Source: Elusimicrobia bacterium UBA5214 (GTDB lineage: Bacteria > Elusimicrobiota > UBA5214). Taken from it: 63,934 nucleotides of DNA. The DNA lies in the NCBI GenBank assembly GCA_002412545.1, contig DHVG01000002.1:52662-116595 (forward strand), in the 5' to 3' direction. Both the position numbers and the translations under genes were made by a program. The notes below the pieces were generated by a model, which was given only the letters and a program-made list of their open reading frames with translations, ran no database searches and was not told where the DNA came from. Below, piece after piece: positions 16,627-26,268 of this stretch; the first letter of the stretch is position 1, and each line of letters opens with the position of its first letter.

Positions 16627-19513
16627 TAAGGATGAGCGTTTTTTTGATATTGCAGATAGAATTGACGAGATAATCAAAAAGGATTCACCGGGAAATGAGG
16701 AGCAAAGACAAGTCCTAGATTTGATTAGACAAGAGAAATTTGCTCGGTATATTTTTAGAAAACTCGGAGACGACAAATTATCTACGAAGTTTATTGCAAA
16801 ATGGTTTGAATTATTCCTTAGAGAAGGGGTCTTTGACATCCCTGCTGATGTAATTAATCCAGTTGAAGTTGAAAAAGGATATTACAAAGTTCCTTACTGG
16901 GCTGGACTTGATTGCTTGGTGCGGATGTCAAAGTATCCCGAGTTTACAGAAGACATGGTCAAAATAATGAAAAGGATAACCCAAGCCAAAGTTGATAATT
17001 ATCACGTATATCGAGCATTCATCAAAATGGCAGTTAATTTCTTCCCAGACAAAGTCATAGAAGTAGTTCCTCTGGTGAGAAACTGGCTTGAGAGTAGATT
17101 TCACACTACAGTGCAATCTTATGAAGTTAGCAGTCTGCTCACCTATCTCCTCAAGAATAATGAAAGGGAAGCGGTTTTGCAGCTCATAGAAATTGTGACC
17201 GATGTTAAGGGTGAAAGAGAAAAGGGCCTGCTGGATAGGGAAGTACCAAAGGCCAAATCCATCATGGACATACACGCTTTGAAGGAGTTGATTGACGAGA
17301 ACTTGGGCTTAATGAAGGAAACTTATCCTTTAGAAATTGGAAAAATCGTGTCAAAGAATTTGGAGAAAGCCATAAAAATAGAAGTTCTTGAAAGTAATAA
17401 GTCTGACTATTCCTATATCTGGCGGCCCGCAATTGAAGAGCATTCACAAAATTTGAGTTTGTATGGCGTAAAAGAACTATTAGTCATTTTGATTCGCGAT
17501 CTACTAGTGGTGCTCGCAGTAAAAGGAGACATAAGTGAATACTTGAAGGAGCTTCTCAATCATCAGTTTTCAATTTTTAGAAGGTTGGGGATACATACTG
17601 TTACTGAAAACAAAGAAAAGTATAAAAATGTAGTAAACGAAGATTTAATATCACATGAAAAAATCTATGAATTGTTAAATGACATCAATGTTAGGCATGA
17701 ACTTTTTAGGTTCTTGAGCATACACTTCGGTTCGCTATCTCCGGATAAGAAACAACTAATATTGAATGGGATAGAAAAAGGACCTACTTTTATTAGGGAT
17801 GACTTGACAGCAGAAGAAAAAGAGCAGTCAACGAACGTCTGGAAACAAGAGTGGCTAGAAGGAATAAAAGATAAAGAGTTTAAGCCAGCAGATGAACTTT
17901 ACGCAAAAATATCAGAGAAAACCAAGGTCAGGATAGAACATCCGGATTTTACCGCCTACATGGAATTATTTACTGGGTCTGTCAGTCCCTATACCGCCGA
18001 CCAATTATTGGGTTGGGATGCAAAAGAAATAACAAGAAGATTAAGAGAATTCAAACAAAAAGGAGAAGGTTTCAAAACGCCATCCAAAAGAGGCCTTGCG
18101 GAAGCTTTGCGAAATGCCGTTAGCAAAGAGCCTAAGAAATTTGAAGATTGCCTTAATGAATTCAAGAATGTGCCTTGCCACTACATCTACGAGATACTGT
18201 TTGCCTTCAGAATGTCGTGGGAGGAAGGAAAGAGTATCAATTGGAATAGCGTGTTGAACTTCTGCCACGATTTGGTTTTAGATGATGAGTTCTGGCAAAG
18301 AAAAGAACAAGAGAGGCTGTGGGTAGTTTCTGAAATAGCCGACTTGATTGAATCTGGAACCAAGGTAGACGAGCGTGCTTTTGAGAAAAGATTACTGCCT
18401 ATCGCCAGAGATATTTTGATAAGAATGGCAGAAAGAGAAACAAAAACTCACTATGATAAAAAGGATCCAACAGCATCTGTGCTGAACTCACCTAAGGGTA
18501 GAATGTTGATTGCTGCCATAACTTATGCATTGCGTTTGGCAAGGACTGGGTATGCAAGAAAAGAAGATGTCAACAAACGATGGGAACCGGAGATTGAAAA
18601 TATCTTCACAACTGAACTGAGTAAAAGAGAAGGAACAATAGATGTTTATACAGTTTGCGGTTGGTTCTTGCCAAATTTGAACTACTTGGATAATGGGTGG
18701 GTGACTAAAAACATACAGAATATCTTTCCAGATGCAAGCAAGCACGAAAATTCTTGGATTGCTGCTTTTGCTGGATATTTATCTATGAAAAATTTTTATA
18801 AACATCTCTATAAACTGGGTAGAGAACAATTCAGAGCTGCTGTGGGAAAACCGTTGGAATTTTATTATGCAAAAGAAAGGTTAGCACAACATCTAGTTTT
18901 GGCTTACCTTTACGGCGAAGAAGACATAGAATCAAAAGACAGTGTGTTTAAACAATACGTAGAGTTGGCTGATGAAGAAGATATTGGAAAATGTATTTGG
19001 TTCATTACTACACTAGATTTTGTCAATGACTCTAATGAGTATAGAAAGAAAATAGTGGAATTCTGGCGATATAGATTTAGTTTAAAAGTAAAGGAAGAAG
19101 AAACAAACAAGAAGGAGTTTTCTCATTTTGTTGACTTAGCCAAGTTTATTGACCTTGAACAAGTAAAAATTGATGATGAAGTTTACAACATGTTGGGAAA
19201 GTCAATGCAATACGCTGAACTGACAAATAAAACTGACGAGGCAATTGAATTCTTTGGGAATAATTGTGAAAAATACGCTGAGATTGTTGCTAAACTTTTT
19301 GATCTGTTGCTGGACAACTCTCAATCCCCACCAATCAATTCAAAGGAAGAAATTAGTAGGGTTCTTGAAACTCTCTACTCAAAAAACATTCCCGAGGTGA
19401 CTAAACTAACCCATAATATTATCAACAAATTCGGTGAAAAATGGTGCATTGAAGATTATAGGGAACTGTACAATAGACACAGGAGCCAGGAATCTACAAG
19501 AGAAATTTCTTAG
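16610..19513 (+). CDS. Large alpha-helical protein, probable partner of the Sir2 protein
   Basis: ORF 16601..19513; ATG 16610 is properly spaced from AAGGAG; overlaps the Sir2 stop; no catalytic motif recognised. Confidence 0.65.
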   Translation: MSKLVDKDERFFDIADRIDEIIKKDSPGNEEQRQVLDLIRQEKFARYIFRKLGDDKLSTKFIAKWFELFLREGVFDIPADVINPVEVEKGYYKVPYWAGLDCLVRMSKYPEFTEDMVKIMKRITQAKVDNYHVYRAFIKMAVNFFPDKVIEVVPLVRNWLESRFHTTVQSYEVSSLLTYLLKNNEREAVLQLIEIVTDVKGEREKGLLDREVPKAKSIMDIHALKELIDENLGLMKETYPLEIGKIVSKNLEKAIKIEVLESNKSDYSYIWRPAIEEHSQNLSLYGVKELLVILIRDLLVVLAVKGDISEYLKELLNHQFSIFRRLGIHTVTENKEKYKNVVNEDLISHEKIYELLNDINVRHELFRFLSIHFGSLSPDKKQLILNGIEKGPTFIRDDLTAEEKEQSTNVWKQEWLEGIKDKEFKPADELYAKISEKTKVRIEHPDFTAYMELFTGSVSPYTADQLLGWDAKEITRRLREFKQKGEGFKTPSKRGLAEALRNAVSKEPKKFEDCLNEFKNVPCHYIYEILFAFRMSWEEGKSINWNSVLNFCHDLVLDDEFWQRKEQERLWVVSEIADLIESGTKVDERAFEKRLLPIARDILIRMAERETKTHYDKKDPTASVLNSPKGRMLIAAITYALRLARTGYARKEDVNKRWEPEIENIFTTELSKREGTIDVYTVCGWFLPNLNYLDNGWVTKNIQNIFPDASKHENSWIAAFAGYLSMKNFYKHLYKLGREQFRAAVGKPLEFYYAKERLAQHLVLAYLYGEEDIESKDSVFKQYVELADEEDIGKCIWFITTLDFVNDSNEYRKKIVEFWRYRFSLKVKEEETNKKEFSHFVDLAKFIDLEQVKIDDEVYNMLGKSMQYAELTNKTDEAIEFFGNNCEKYAEIVAKLFDLLLDNSQSPPINSKEEISRVLETLYSKNIPEVTKLTHNIINKFGEKWCIEDYRELYNRHRSQESTREIS

Positions 19514-19702
19514 CTCCTGGAGAAATTCAACAACAGCGAGAGTTTTCATTGCAGTCCGCAAGTTTCGTATATCGAGAGAGGAGTCCAAACGATTAGTTGA
19601 GTCAAAGCGGTCAAAGGCGAGCCAAGCGCATTTGACCGGAAACACGCAAGATGTTATACTTAATCCTGAGAAGGACTCTCAAAATGCCAAATAGGATACT
19701 AT

Positions 19703-20623
19703 ATGCAAGTTGAGAAAAGGGTATTCTTTCAAATAATCCCAAACTTCATTCAGGAATCGTACGAGCCGGGCAAGACTGGAAAAATTGGTGTTTCAATAAT
19801 AAATACCGGAAGAAGTCCATTTTATCTGAGAAAAATGGGTATTCAATTTGACTGGCAGAGTAAAACGCAAGGTTATGTAGTAAATAAAGACTTACCAATA
19901 CAACCTCGAAGGAAGTATGGATTAGGAATTATTTGTTTTGGAATTCCTACAAATATTACAGGATCGCATACATTTAAGTTTTTTGTTGATTGTATTGGGT
20001 TTGATCCATACCTAAAAGTAAAATATAGAAAGCTAATATGGACAAATAGTTGTCGAATTGTAATACATCCAACTCCAAAATATAGAGTTTTTGTAAGCAG
20101 AAGCATAGAAAGTTCTGACAGGATAATAATTGATCCGATAGTGGATTTGATTCGAGCTTGGTCAGTTCAACCTATTACTGTTGGTATTAATGTCAAGGGA
20201 AGCAAAGACCCTAGAATATTAGAGAAAATAATTGTTAATGAAATTAAAAAGTCTGACGGAGTAATTTGCATTGCTACCAAACGCGATAGAACTGTTGATG
20301 GACGTTGGAAAACCCCAGCATGGATTCACGCTGAGGCGGGAATATCATTGTACCCACATAAACCATGTCTTGTGTTTTATGATAGAGATGTAACATTAGA
20401 AGGTATAATTTGGGGCAAACCAAAGGTACCATTAAACATCCAAGATTATGATGAGATACAATATAAAGTAGATCAGGTGATGGGTAGTTATAGGAATTGG
20501 GTCCAAAAGAAAAAAAATGATGAATTAATCAAGACAATAAGAAAAATGGTAGCAGTAGGTTTATACACCTATGGAATATATTCTCTTGGAAAAGAAGCAG
20601 GAAGGAGAGCGAAAATCAGATGA
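19703..20623 (+). CDS. Beta-rich (Ig-like) N-terminus plus TIR-like domain
   Basis: YRVFVSRS...EIKKSDGVICIAT...WIHAEAG...KPCLVF resembles the TIR/nucleoside-deoxyribosyltransferase fold. Confidence 0.55.
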   Translation: MQVEKRVFFQIIPNFIQESYEPGKTGKIGVSIINTGRSPFYLRKMGIQFDWQSKTQGYVVNKDLPIQPRRKYGLGIICFGIPTNITGSHTFKFFVDCIGFDPYLKVKYRKLIWTNSCRIVIHPTPKYRVFVSRSIESSDRIIIDPIVDLIRAWSVQPITVGINVKGSKDPRILEKIIVNEIKKSDGVICIATKRDRTVDGRWKTPAWIHAEAGISLYPHKPCLVFYDRDVTLEGIIWGKPKVPLNIQDYDEIQYKVDQVMGSYRNWVQKKKNDELIKTIRKMVAVGLYTYGIYSLGKEAGRRAKIR

Positions 20624-20790
20624 ATGTATACGAAAAGATTGAAAAGATAATTGAAGCAGTGGCAAGAATTTTTCCCGCAGCAGGTACATTCAAAGAAAGA
20701 ATTATGAATGCGGTGCGAAAGCAATCAGAAGCCGCATTGAACAGTTTGCTGGCTGAGATAAAAGAAATTGTTGAAACAAATAATGTTTGA
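20620..20790 (+). CDS. 56-aa helical protein coupled to the TIR-like gene
   Basis: ATGA overlap, AAGGAG upstream; MNVYEKIEKIIEAVARIFP...ETNNV*. Confidence 0.55.
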   Translation: MNVYEKIEKIIEAVARIFPAAGTFKERIMNAVRKQSEAALNSLLAEIKEIVETNNV

Positions 20791-20833
20791 GTGTCGGTGC
20801 TTGACCTCACTCGGCTTTAAGTGAATAAGTCAT

Positions 20834-21376
20834 ATGGCTGAATCAAAACTGCATAATTTTCTAAAGAGAGAAATACTTCCAGACGACTTTCTGTACCGCG
20901 AAATTGAAATTTATTTCAAGCGAAGGTGTGATGAGAAACTGGGAGCCACGAGACACAGACCTGATATATACTGCCGCTCTTTTAAGAAGAAAAATATCGA
21001 AAAAAATGTCCTTCTTTTGGGTGAAATCGAGACTGGTGGCGGTAATTTCTGGTGGAACTGGGAGTCTATAGGACCCATTATAAAACAACAATGGGCAGAC
21101 AATACAGTCCTGTTTCAGGCATTTTATCCTCTTTGTGGAAGAGAATGGGTAAAAGAATCTATTGAAAAAGGGAAAAAATTGGAGAAAAAATACAAAACTT
21201 ATAGAATACATTTTTATCCTTTCGAAATGAAAATTCCAGAAGAACGTGCAGAGAAGATTTATGATGCATTTTCAAAGCGACGGAAGAAAAAAGACGATTT
21301 GAAGGTACTAAAGAGGGAAACCAATAAAATAAACTACGAGTTACTCAAGATTGTTAAGAAGTTCTTGCGAAAATGA
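20834..21376 (+). CDS. PD-(D/E)XK-like nuclease-fold protein
   Basis: RPDIYC...LLGEIETGG; basic 180-aa protein. Confidence 0.5.
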   Translation: MAESKLHNFLKREILPDDFLYREIEIYFKRRCDEKLGATRHRPDIYCRSFKKKNIEKNVLLLGEIETGGGNFWWNWESIGPIIKQQWADNTVLFQAFYPLCGREWVKESIEKGKKLEKKYKTYRIHFYPFEMKIPEERAEKIYDAFSKRRKKKDDLKVLKRETNKINYELLKIVKKFLRK

Positions 21377-21495
21377 ATCTTGCGTCGCTGTACGAGCTTT
21401 TAAAGTTGGAGAAAATTTGTAGTCTGGGTGAGCCCAGCCAAAAATACTTGGTCAAATGATAGTCACCTTAAACTACTTTTAAGTGTAGAGAGTGG

Positions 21496-21954
21496 ATGAG
21501 ATTATATTTAGTCCAGCATGGGGAAGCACATCCCGAGCAAGTCGATCCATCAAGACCGCTTACAGAAAAAGGAAGAAAGGATGTTTCCAAAGTGGCAAAA
21601 TTTCTTGAGGAGGCGGGGATACAAATAGATACTGTTTGGCACAGCACAAAAACGCGCGCCATCCAAACAGCAGAAATTCTTGCTGAAGCAATTAAGGCAA
21701 AAAATATTGAGCAGAAAGAAGGCTTGACTCCTAACGACTCTGTAGGAACATTTAAAGAGGAACTCGCTTCGAGAGAGAAAGACTTGATGATTGTCGGTCA
21801 TCTTCCATTTCTTCAGAAACTTGCTTCCTTGCTTCTGACAGGTTCTGAATCTCAAGATTTGGTTGCTTTTCAACAAGCCGGAATTGTTTGCCTTGAGCGT
21901 GAGCAAGGCAAATGGCAAATTACCTGGATGATAATTCCTGAATTGATTGCTTAG
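21496..21954 (+). CDS. sixA: Phosphohistidine phosphatase
   Basis: MRLYLVQHGEA, RPLTEKG, RAIQTA, VGHLP. Confidence 0.9.
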   Translation: MRLYLVQHGEAHPEQVDPSRPLTEKGRKDVSKVAKFLEEAGIQIDTVWHSTKTRAIQTAEILAEAIKAKNIEQKEGLTPNDSVGTFKEELASREKDLMIVGHLPFLQKLASLLLTGSESQDLVAFQQAGIVCLEREQGKWQITWMIIPELIA

Positions 21955-21968
21955 TTTCAATAATCAAA

Positions 21969-22688
21969 GTGAAAATCCTCGCCTCAAAATTTCTCTATCC
22001 GAAAGACCTTCCGAATCTGGAAAACGTCTTGACTCCATTCAAGAACACTTCAATTCAGTTATCTTTTTTCCAGAGAACAGATTTTCTCCTGATAGACCAT
22101 AAAAAGATAAAAGAAGTTTGCAACTTTCTCAACATAGGCATTCCGACTGTTCACGCTCCAACTGTTGATGTTTTTCATCAGGATTTTTTGCAAATTCTTG
22201 GCAGGATAAAAGAAGTTTACGACATTGAAGTTATAAGCATACATCCGCAAAAAGGTGAAAGTAATGAGGCAATGAAAAAATTTGAAGAATATGCAAAAGC
22301 AATAGAAGATTTGGGAATTACATTGGCGTACGAAAATTTTCCTTCTTACGTAAGCAAGAGAAAATGGATAAATCTACCGGCTGAAATGCATTCAAAATTC
22401 AATTTGCTTTTCCTTGCATTGACATTCGATACGAGCCATCTTGATGAGCCTGCAGACTGCATTGAGGAATTTGACAAGGTTTCAGAAAAGGTTGCTGTTG
22501 TTCATCTAAGCGATGCCTCACAAGGCAAGGAGCACTTGCCTTTGGGCATGGGATGTGTGCCTTACAAGAAATTCTTGAATCATCTTCAAGCAAAGGATTT
22601 TTCTGGCTGTGTAGTCATCGAATACATGGAGGAATTCGAAAGCAAACTAATAGAAGACACAAAAGAACTTGCGGTTGAGTTCAAGTAA
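21969..22688 (+). CDS. Sugar phosphate isomerase/epimerase (AP endonuclease 2-type TIM barrel)
   Basis: LAYEN, FDTSH, VHLSD, HLPLG, VIEY motifs. Confidence 0.8.
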   Translation: MKILASKFLYPKDLPNLENVLTPFKNTSIQLSFFQRTDFLLIDHKKIKEVCNFLNIGIPTVHAPTVDVFHQDFLQILGRIKEVYDIEVISIHPQKGESNEAMKKFEEYAKAIEDLGITLAYENFPSYVSKRKWINLPAEMHSKFNLLFLALTFDTSHLDEPADCIEEFDKVSEKVAVVHLSDASQGKEHLPLGMGCVPYKKFLNHLQAKDFSGCVVIEYMEEFESKLIEDTKELAVEFK

Positions 22689-22704
22689 TAATAGGATTGG
22701 AATC

Positions 22705-23139
22705 TTATCTACTATATTTTCCTTCCAAAACCGTTTCTTCAATTATGTGTCCTTTCATTGCTCTTTCTACTTCTTTTTTTCTTGAGCCTTCCTTCAAATT
22801 CAGTTCAGCATCAAGAGCATAAAGCTTGAACTTGTATCTGTGCGTTCCGCTCGGAGGAGCAGGGCCGCCATATTCCAATTTTCCAAAATCGTTCGTGCCA
22901 AGAATTCCTTTAGGAGTTGTTCCTTCAGATATGAAATCATTTGTCGGTGGAATATTAAAGATTATCCAATGATCCCATGTTCCCATGGGTGCGTCAGGGT
23001 CATCAACAATCAGCACAAGGCTTTTCGCATTGACAGGAACATTTTCTATTTTCAGAGGAGGAGGAATGTCTTCACCATCAGCAGTATACTTTGCAGGAAT
23101 TCTTGCTCCATTTTGAAAAGCAGGACTCGTTAATAACAT
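22705..23139 (-). CDS. YbhB/YbcL family PEBP (Raf kinase inhibitor-like) protein
   Basis: DDPDAP, WDHW, YGGPAPPSGTHRY, LYALD. Confidence 0.9.
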   Translation of the reverse strand: MLLTSPAFQNGARIPAKYTADGEDIPPPLKIENVPVNAKSLVLIVDDPDAPMGTWDHWIIFNIPPTNDFISEGTTPKGILGTNDFGKLEYGGPAPPSGTHRYKFKLYALDAELNLKEGSRKKEVERAMKGHIIEETVLEGKYSR

Positions 23140-23325
23140 TTTTCACCTTCTTGAAGCTGATTTCTTCTTCTGCTTTTTGACATCCTGAAGTCAATAATAG
23201 TAAAATTAAAATGAATGCTTTTCATTGTTTTAAATTATGCCTTATTAAACAACAAATTGCAAACAAGAGCATGTCTGCAGCGTAAGAACGAAATTTTTAT
23301 TCAAAAGGCTTGATTCAGCATTTAC

Positions 23326-24114
23326 ATGATTCAAAGACAAACACCAAAGCACGAAATAAGCGAGGAGATTGAGAGGCAGGCAAGATACTTGCTGAAAGAA
23401 GCTGCACATGAAGAAGATGTCAGAAATGCTGTCATTGGAAGGAACAATTGCCCTGTGAAGTATTTTGTTTGGAAAAGGCTGAGTGAAGTTGCTCCTTATC
23501 TTAATTACGCAATAAAGCTCTGCGATCCTGGCATGAGTTGCAATCTTTCATACAGCGAAAAGCAAGCAATAAAGCAAGACATCTTTGCAGATGATTATCT
23601 TTTCTCAGCAAACTTAACAGTTTTCAAGCCAACTGTAATGAAAATTTTCCTGTGGCAGGAGGAAAAAGGGCCGAGCAAGCCAGTGACTTCAGAAACAAAA
23701 GAATGTTACAACGATGATGTTACAATCCGCAGCACTTGCGATGGCGAACAATACAGAACAATAGAGCAGGATTGCAATGCTCTTGATGTTTCAGGCACTT
23801 GGGGAAGAAATTATTGCAACATAACCAATGTTGCCTTGGATGACATTGATGTTTATCATAACAAGACAGGCAAGATTGGGCATTGTGATGCTACAACAAC
23901 ACCAATATCATGCAGACAATCAGATGATTTCAAGGAAGAAATAATAACAACAAACGGCAACTGCGACCACACTTTTGAAAAGTGTGCTGATTGGGCGATT
24001 GCGTGCAAGTTGAAGAAAGATCAGTCATGTGACCCAACTGGTGATGGTAGTGAATGTTTCTCACACACATGCACTACAATTACCCTGGTCCCACCAAAGG
24101 GGAAATGTACATGA
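23326..24114 (+). CDS. Cys-rich hypothetical protein
   Basis: 262 aa with many spaced Cys, resembling a disulfide-rich extracellular domain; no signal peptide seen. Confidence 0.55.
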   Translation: MIQRQTPKHEISEEIERQARYLLKEAAHEEDVRNAVIGRNNCPVKYFVWKRLSEVAPYLNYAIKLCDPGMSCNLSYSEKQAIKQDIFADDYLFSANLTVFKPTVMKIFLWQEEKGPSKPVTSETKECYNDDVTIRSTCDGEQYRTIEQDCNALDVSGTWGRNYCNITNVALDDIDVYHNKTGKIGHCDATTTPISCRQSDDFKEEIITTNGNCDHTFEKCADWAIACKLKKDQSCDPTGDGSECFSHTCTTITLVPPKGKCT

Positions 24115-24142
24115 TTTTATCATTTTCATGTAGTTACTAAAA

Positions 24143-24160
24143 CGAAAGATTTAAATACCC
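24143..24160 (+). promoter_or_regulatory. Archaeal-type BRE-TATA promoter motif
   Basis: CGAAAGATTTAAATACCC, identical to 7789-7806; ATG 24179 is again 21 nt after the TATA octamer. Confidence 0.6.
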
Positions 24161-24178
24161 ATAAAGCGTAATAAATAT

Positions 24179-25156
24179 ATGTCAGTTAAAAAATTTATAA
24201 TCGGGGGTTTGGCAGGATTGGGTTTACTATTGTTAACAAATAAAATTGAAGCAAAAAAAGTTGATTTTTTAATAGGTGGGGGATTTAGTCAAAAATCAAA
24301 TAGCAAATATGATATCATTGCTACAGGTTACGAAGGAAGTAAAGTTCATGATGATAGACAAGAAAATTTAGATAAGCTCACAATATATGGTTTAGCCACC
24401 ATGAATCTTCGTGGCGCTTGTGTAGTAAGATTGGATGATAAATATGAGAAAAAAGCAGGGGATGTTTCTTATACTGATGCTTTCGGAGAAGGTTCCTATT
24501 CAAAAAATAATCTTGAGCTAACAGTTGAAAAAGAAACCAAACTCAAAGAAAAATTATCTGGTCTGATAGCGGGGGGCTTTGGATTGAGAAATAAAGATGA
24601 TAGTGGAAGTATTTCAATAAAAACAACGAAGAGTCCTATATTACTAGAAAGCTCATCCAAAAGGAAAAATCAAGAGTTGATAGTGGGGGGTCAATTGGAA
24701 TACAATGGTTTGCCCGTCAACATTGCACTCAAAACGAAATACGCACATAAAATCAATGGCGAGCAAACATTTGAAGTAAGAAACAAAACGACAGGCACTT
24801 CTGTAAAAAGAGAATATGACTTGTCAGGCTCTCGCCTTGAGAATGAAGTTGCATTGAAAAAGGAAATTAACAAGAAAAATTTGAAGGGGCTTGAATTAAG
24901 GTTAAGTGTTGACATTGACAACGACAAGCTCAAGCAGACATCAACAACAGAAACAACTACTCCTGTTTATGAAGATTATACTGAAAAGAGGATTTATTAT
25001 GCTTTGCAGGCAGTTGCTTACTTCAAAGAAAATCTTGCTCTCAAGCTTGGAATAGGCCAAGAGGATTTGAATGCAAATGGCACGCTTGAAGTGAAAACAA
25101 CTCAAAAACCAACATGGGCGATTGTTGGGGTGGAATGGACATTTGGCTTGAAGTAA
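24179..25156 (+). CDS. Secreted beta-strand-rich protein (beta-barrel-like)
   Basis: N-terminal signal peptide; alternating amphipathic strands; ends WAIVGVEWTFGLK. Confidence 0.55.
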   Translation: MSVKKFIIGGLAGLGLLLLTNKIEAKKVDFLIGGGFSQKSNSKYDIIATGYEGSKVHDDRQENLDKLTIYGLATMNLRGACVVRLDDKYEKKAGDVSYTDAFGEGSYSKNNLELTVEKETKLKEKLSGLIAGGFGLRNKDDSGSISIKTTKSPILLESSSKRKNQELIVGGQLEYNGLPVNIALKTKYAHKINGEQTFEVRNKTTGTSVKREYDLSGSRLENEVALKKEINKKNLKGLELRLSVDIDNDKLKQTSTTETTTPVYEDYTEKRIYYALQAVAYFKENLALKLGIGQEDLNANGTLEVKTTQKPTWAIVGVEWTFGLK

Positions 25157-25219
25157 GAATATTTGCAACAATTGGTTTAGTTTTGCATTGACATTAATAA
25201 CAAAATTCAAGATTGAAAG

Positions 25220-25270
25220 ATGGAAGCATGTTCAGATGGCTTTGATAATGATGGGGATGGTTTCATTTGA
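25220..25270 (+). pseudogene. Remnant of a CxDGxDNDGDG metal-binding repeat
   Basis: Reads MEACSDGFDNDGDGFI*. Confidence 0.45.
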
Positions 25271-25434
25271 TTTTCAATACGCTAATCCTCTTATCTTGAT
25301 TATTGAAGGATTATTTACTGAACGCACGACATAAACAATCCCGCCTTTTCCCGTCTGTTCCTTAATTCTTGTTCCTTTCTTGTTTAGCGTGTAGTGTTAC
25401 TGAAAGTATTTTGTTTTTCTATAAACATATGTAA

Positions 25435-26007
25435 TCATTTTTTCAGTAGCTGCTCTCTGATTTCGTTAAAATCTCCGACGAGCTCATATCTTTTTACTCT
25501 GACTTTCTTTTTCCATCCTCTTCCTGTTAACTCTTCTTTCTCTGTTGATTTTGCGATTCCCTTTTCGCAAAACCACATTAACACATCGCACACTCGCTTT
25601 GCCGGCAGTCCTGTTTCTTTTCTGATTTCTCTGAATGTTTTTGGCTCATCCATTACTTTGATAACCTTCTTCCTGTTCCTTCCACGAACTATCAAGCTAT
25701 ATTTTTGCCAGTTTATTGCTGGTTCACAATAAACATATTCTATTTTTTTCTCGGTGCAAAAGTCCCTTAATTTTTTCTGGCCTTCTTCAGTTAATCCATA
25801 GAGTCTTCCTATTTTTTCTTTCTCATTCAAAATTCTTGCTATTCCGTGCTGAATAAATTGTTTTAGCGTTACATTTACATGCGTGTTTTCTGTTCCTAAT
25901 TCTTGCCTAATTTCCGAGGGTGTTTTTGGTTTTGTCATCTTCAGAAGAACCTCTTTTCTTTTTTCTGTCCATCTGAAAGATGACATGAAAACAAGACAAT
26001 AAGGCAA
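25435..26007 (-). CDS. Tandem winged-HTH transcriptional regulator
   Basis: Two repeats: PKTPSEIRQELG...YGLTEEG and PKTFREIRKETG...YELV; start may be ATG 25986. Confidence 0.7.
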   Translation of the reverse strand: MPYCLVFMSSFRWTEKRKEVLLKMTKPKTPSEIRQELGTENTHVNVTLKQFIQHGIARILNEKEKIGRLYGLTEEGQKKLRDFCTEKKIEYVYCEPAINWQKYSLIVRGRNRKKVIKVMDEPKTFREIRKETGLPAKRVCDVLMWFCEKGIAKSTEKEELTGRGWKKKVRVKRYELVGDFNEIREQLLKK

Positions 26008-26183
26008 GTTATATTATTAATACCGAAGTCATATAGAAAAGGGATTTTCGCTCAGAACGAAGAATTCGGTAAATGAAAGTTTTGTTCCGAAATTTGATTT
26101 AATTGCGCGAGGGTGAGGCGTACATACCACTTGTGACTTCTTTGAGAAACATTGATGGAAAGATATCTGATACATGTAAATTC

Positions 26184-26213
26184 TTGACAAGAAGGAAGAT
26201 AAGGTTCTATAAT
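26184..26213 (+). promoter_or_regulatory. sigma70 promoter
   Basis: TTGACA-N18-TATAAT upstream of the peptidase gene. Confidence 0.6.
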
Positions 26214-26268
26214 AAAACCGGAAGTTAAGCTCAGACATTGGCAACAAAACTGAGGCTTCCTCTAGAGA

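Noticed and set aside
4017-19513. Sir2-HerA defence system formed by the ATPase and the Sir2 gene
   Set aside because: The genes are ~10 kb apart on opposite strands, whereas Sir2-HerA systems are adjacent and co-oriented
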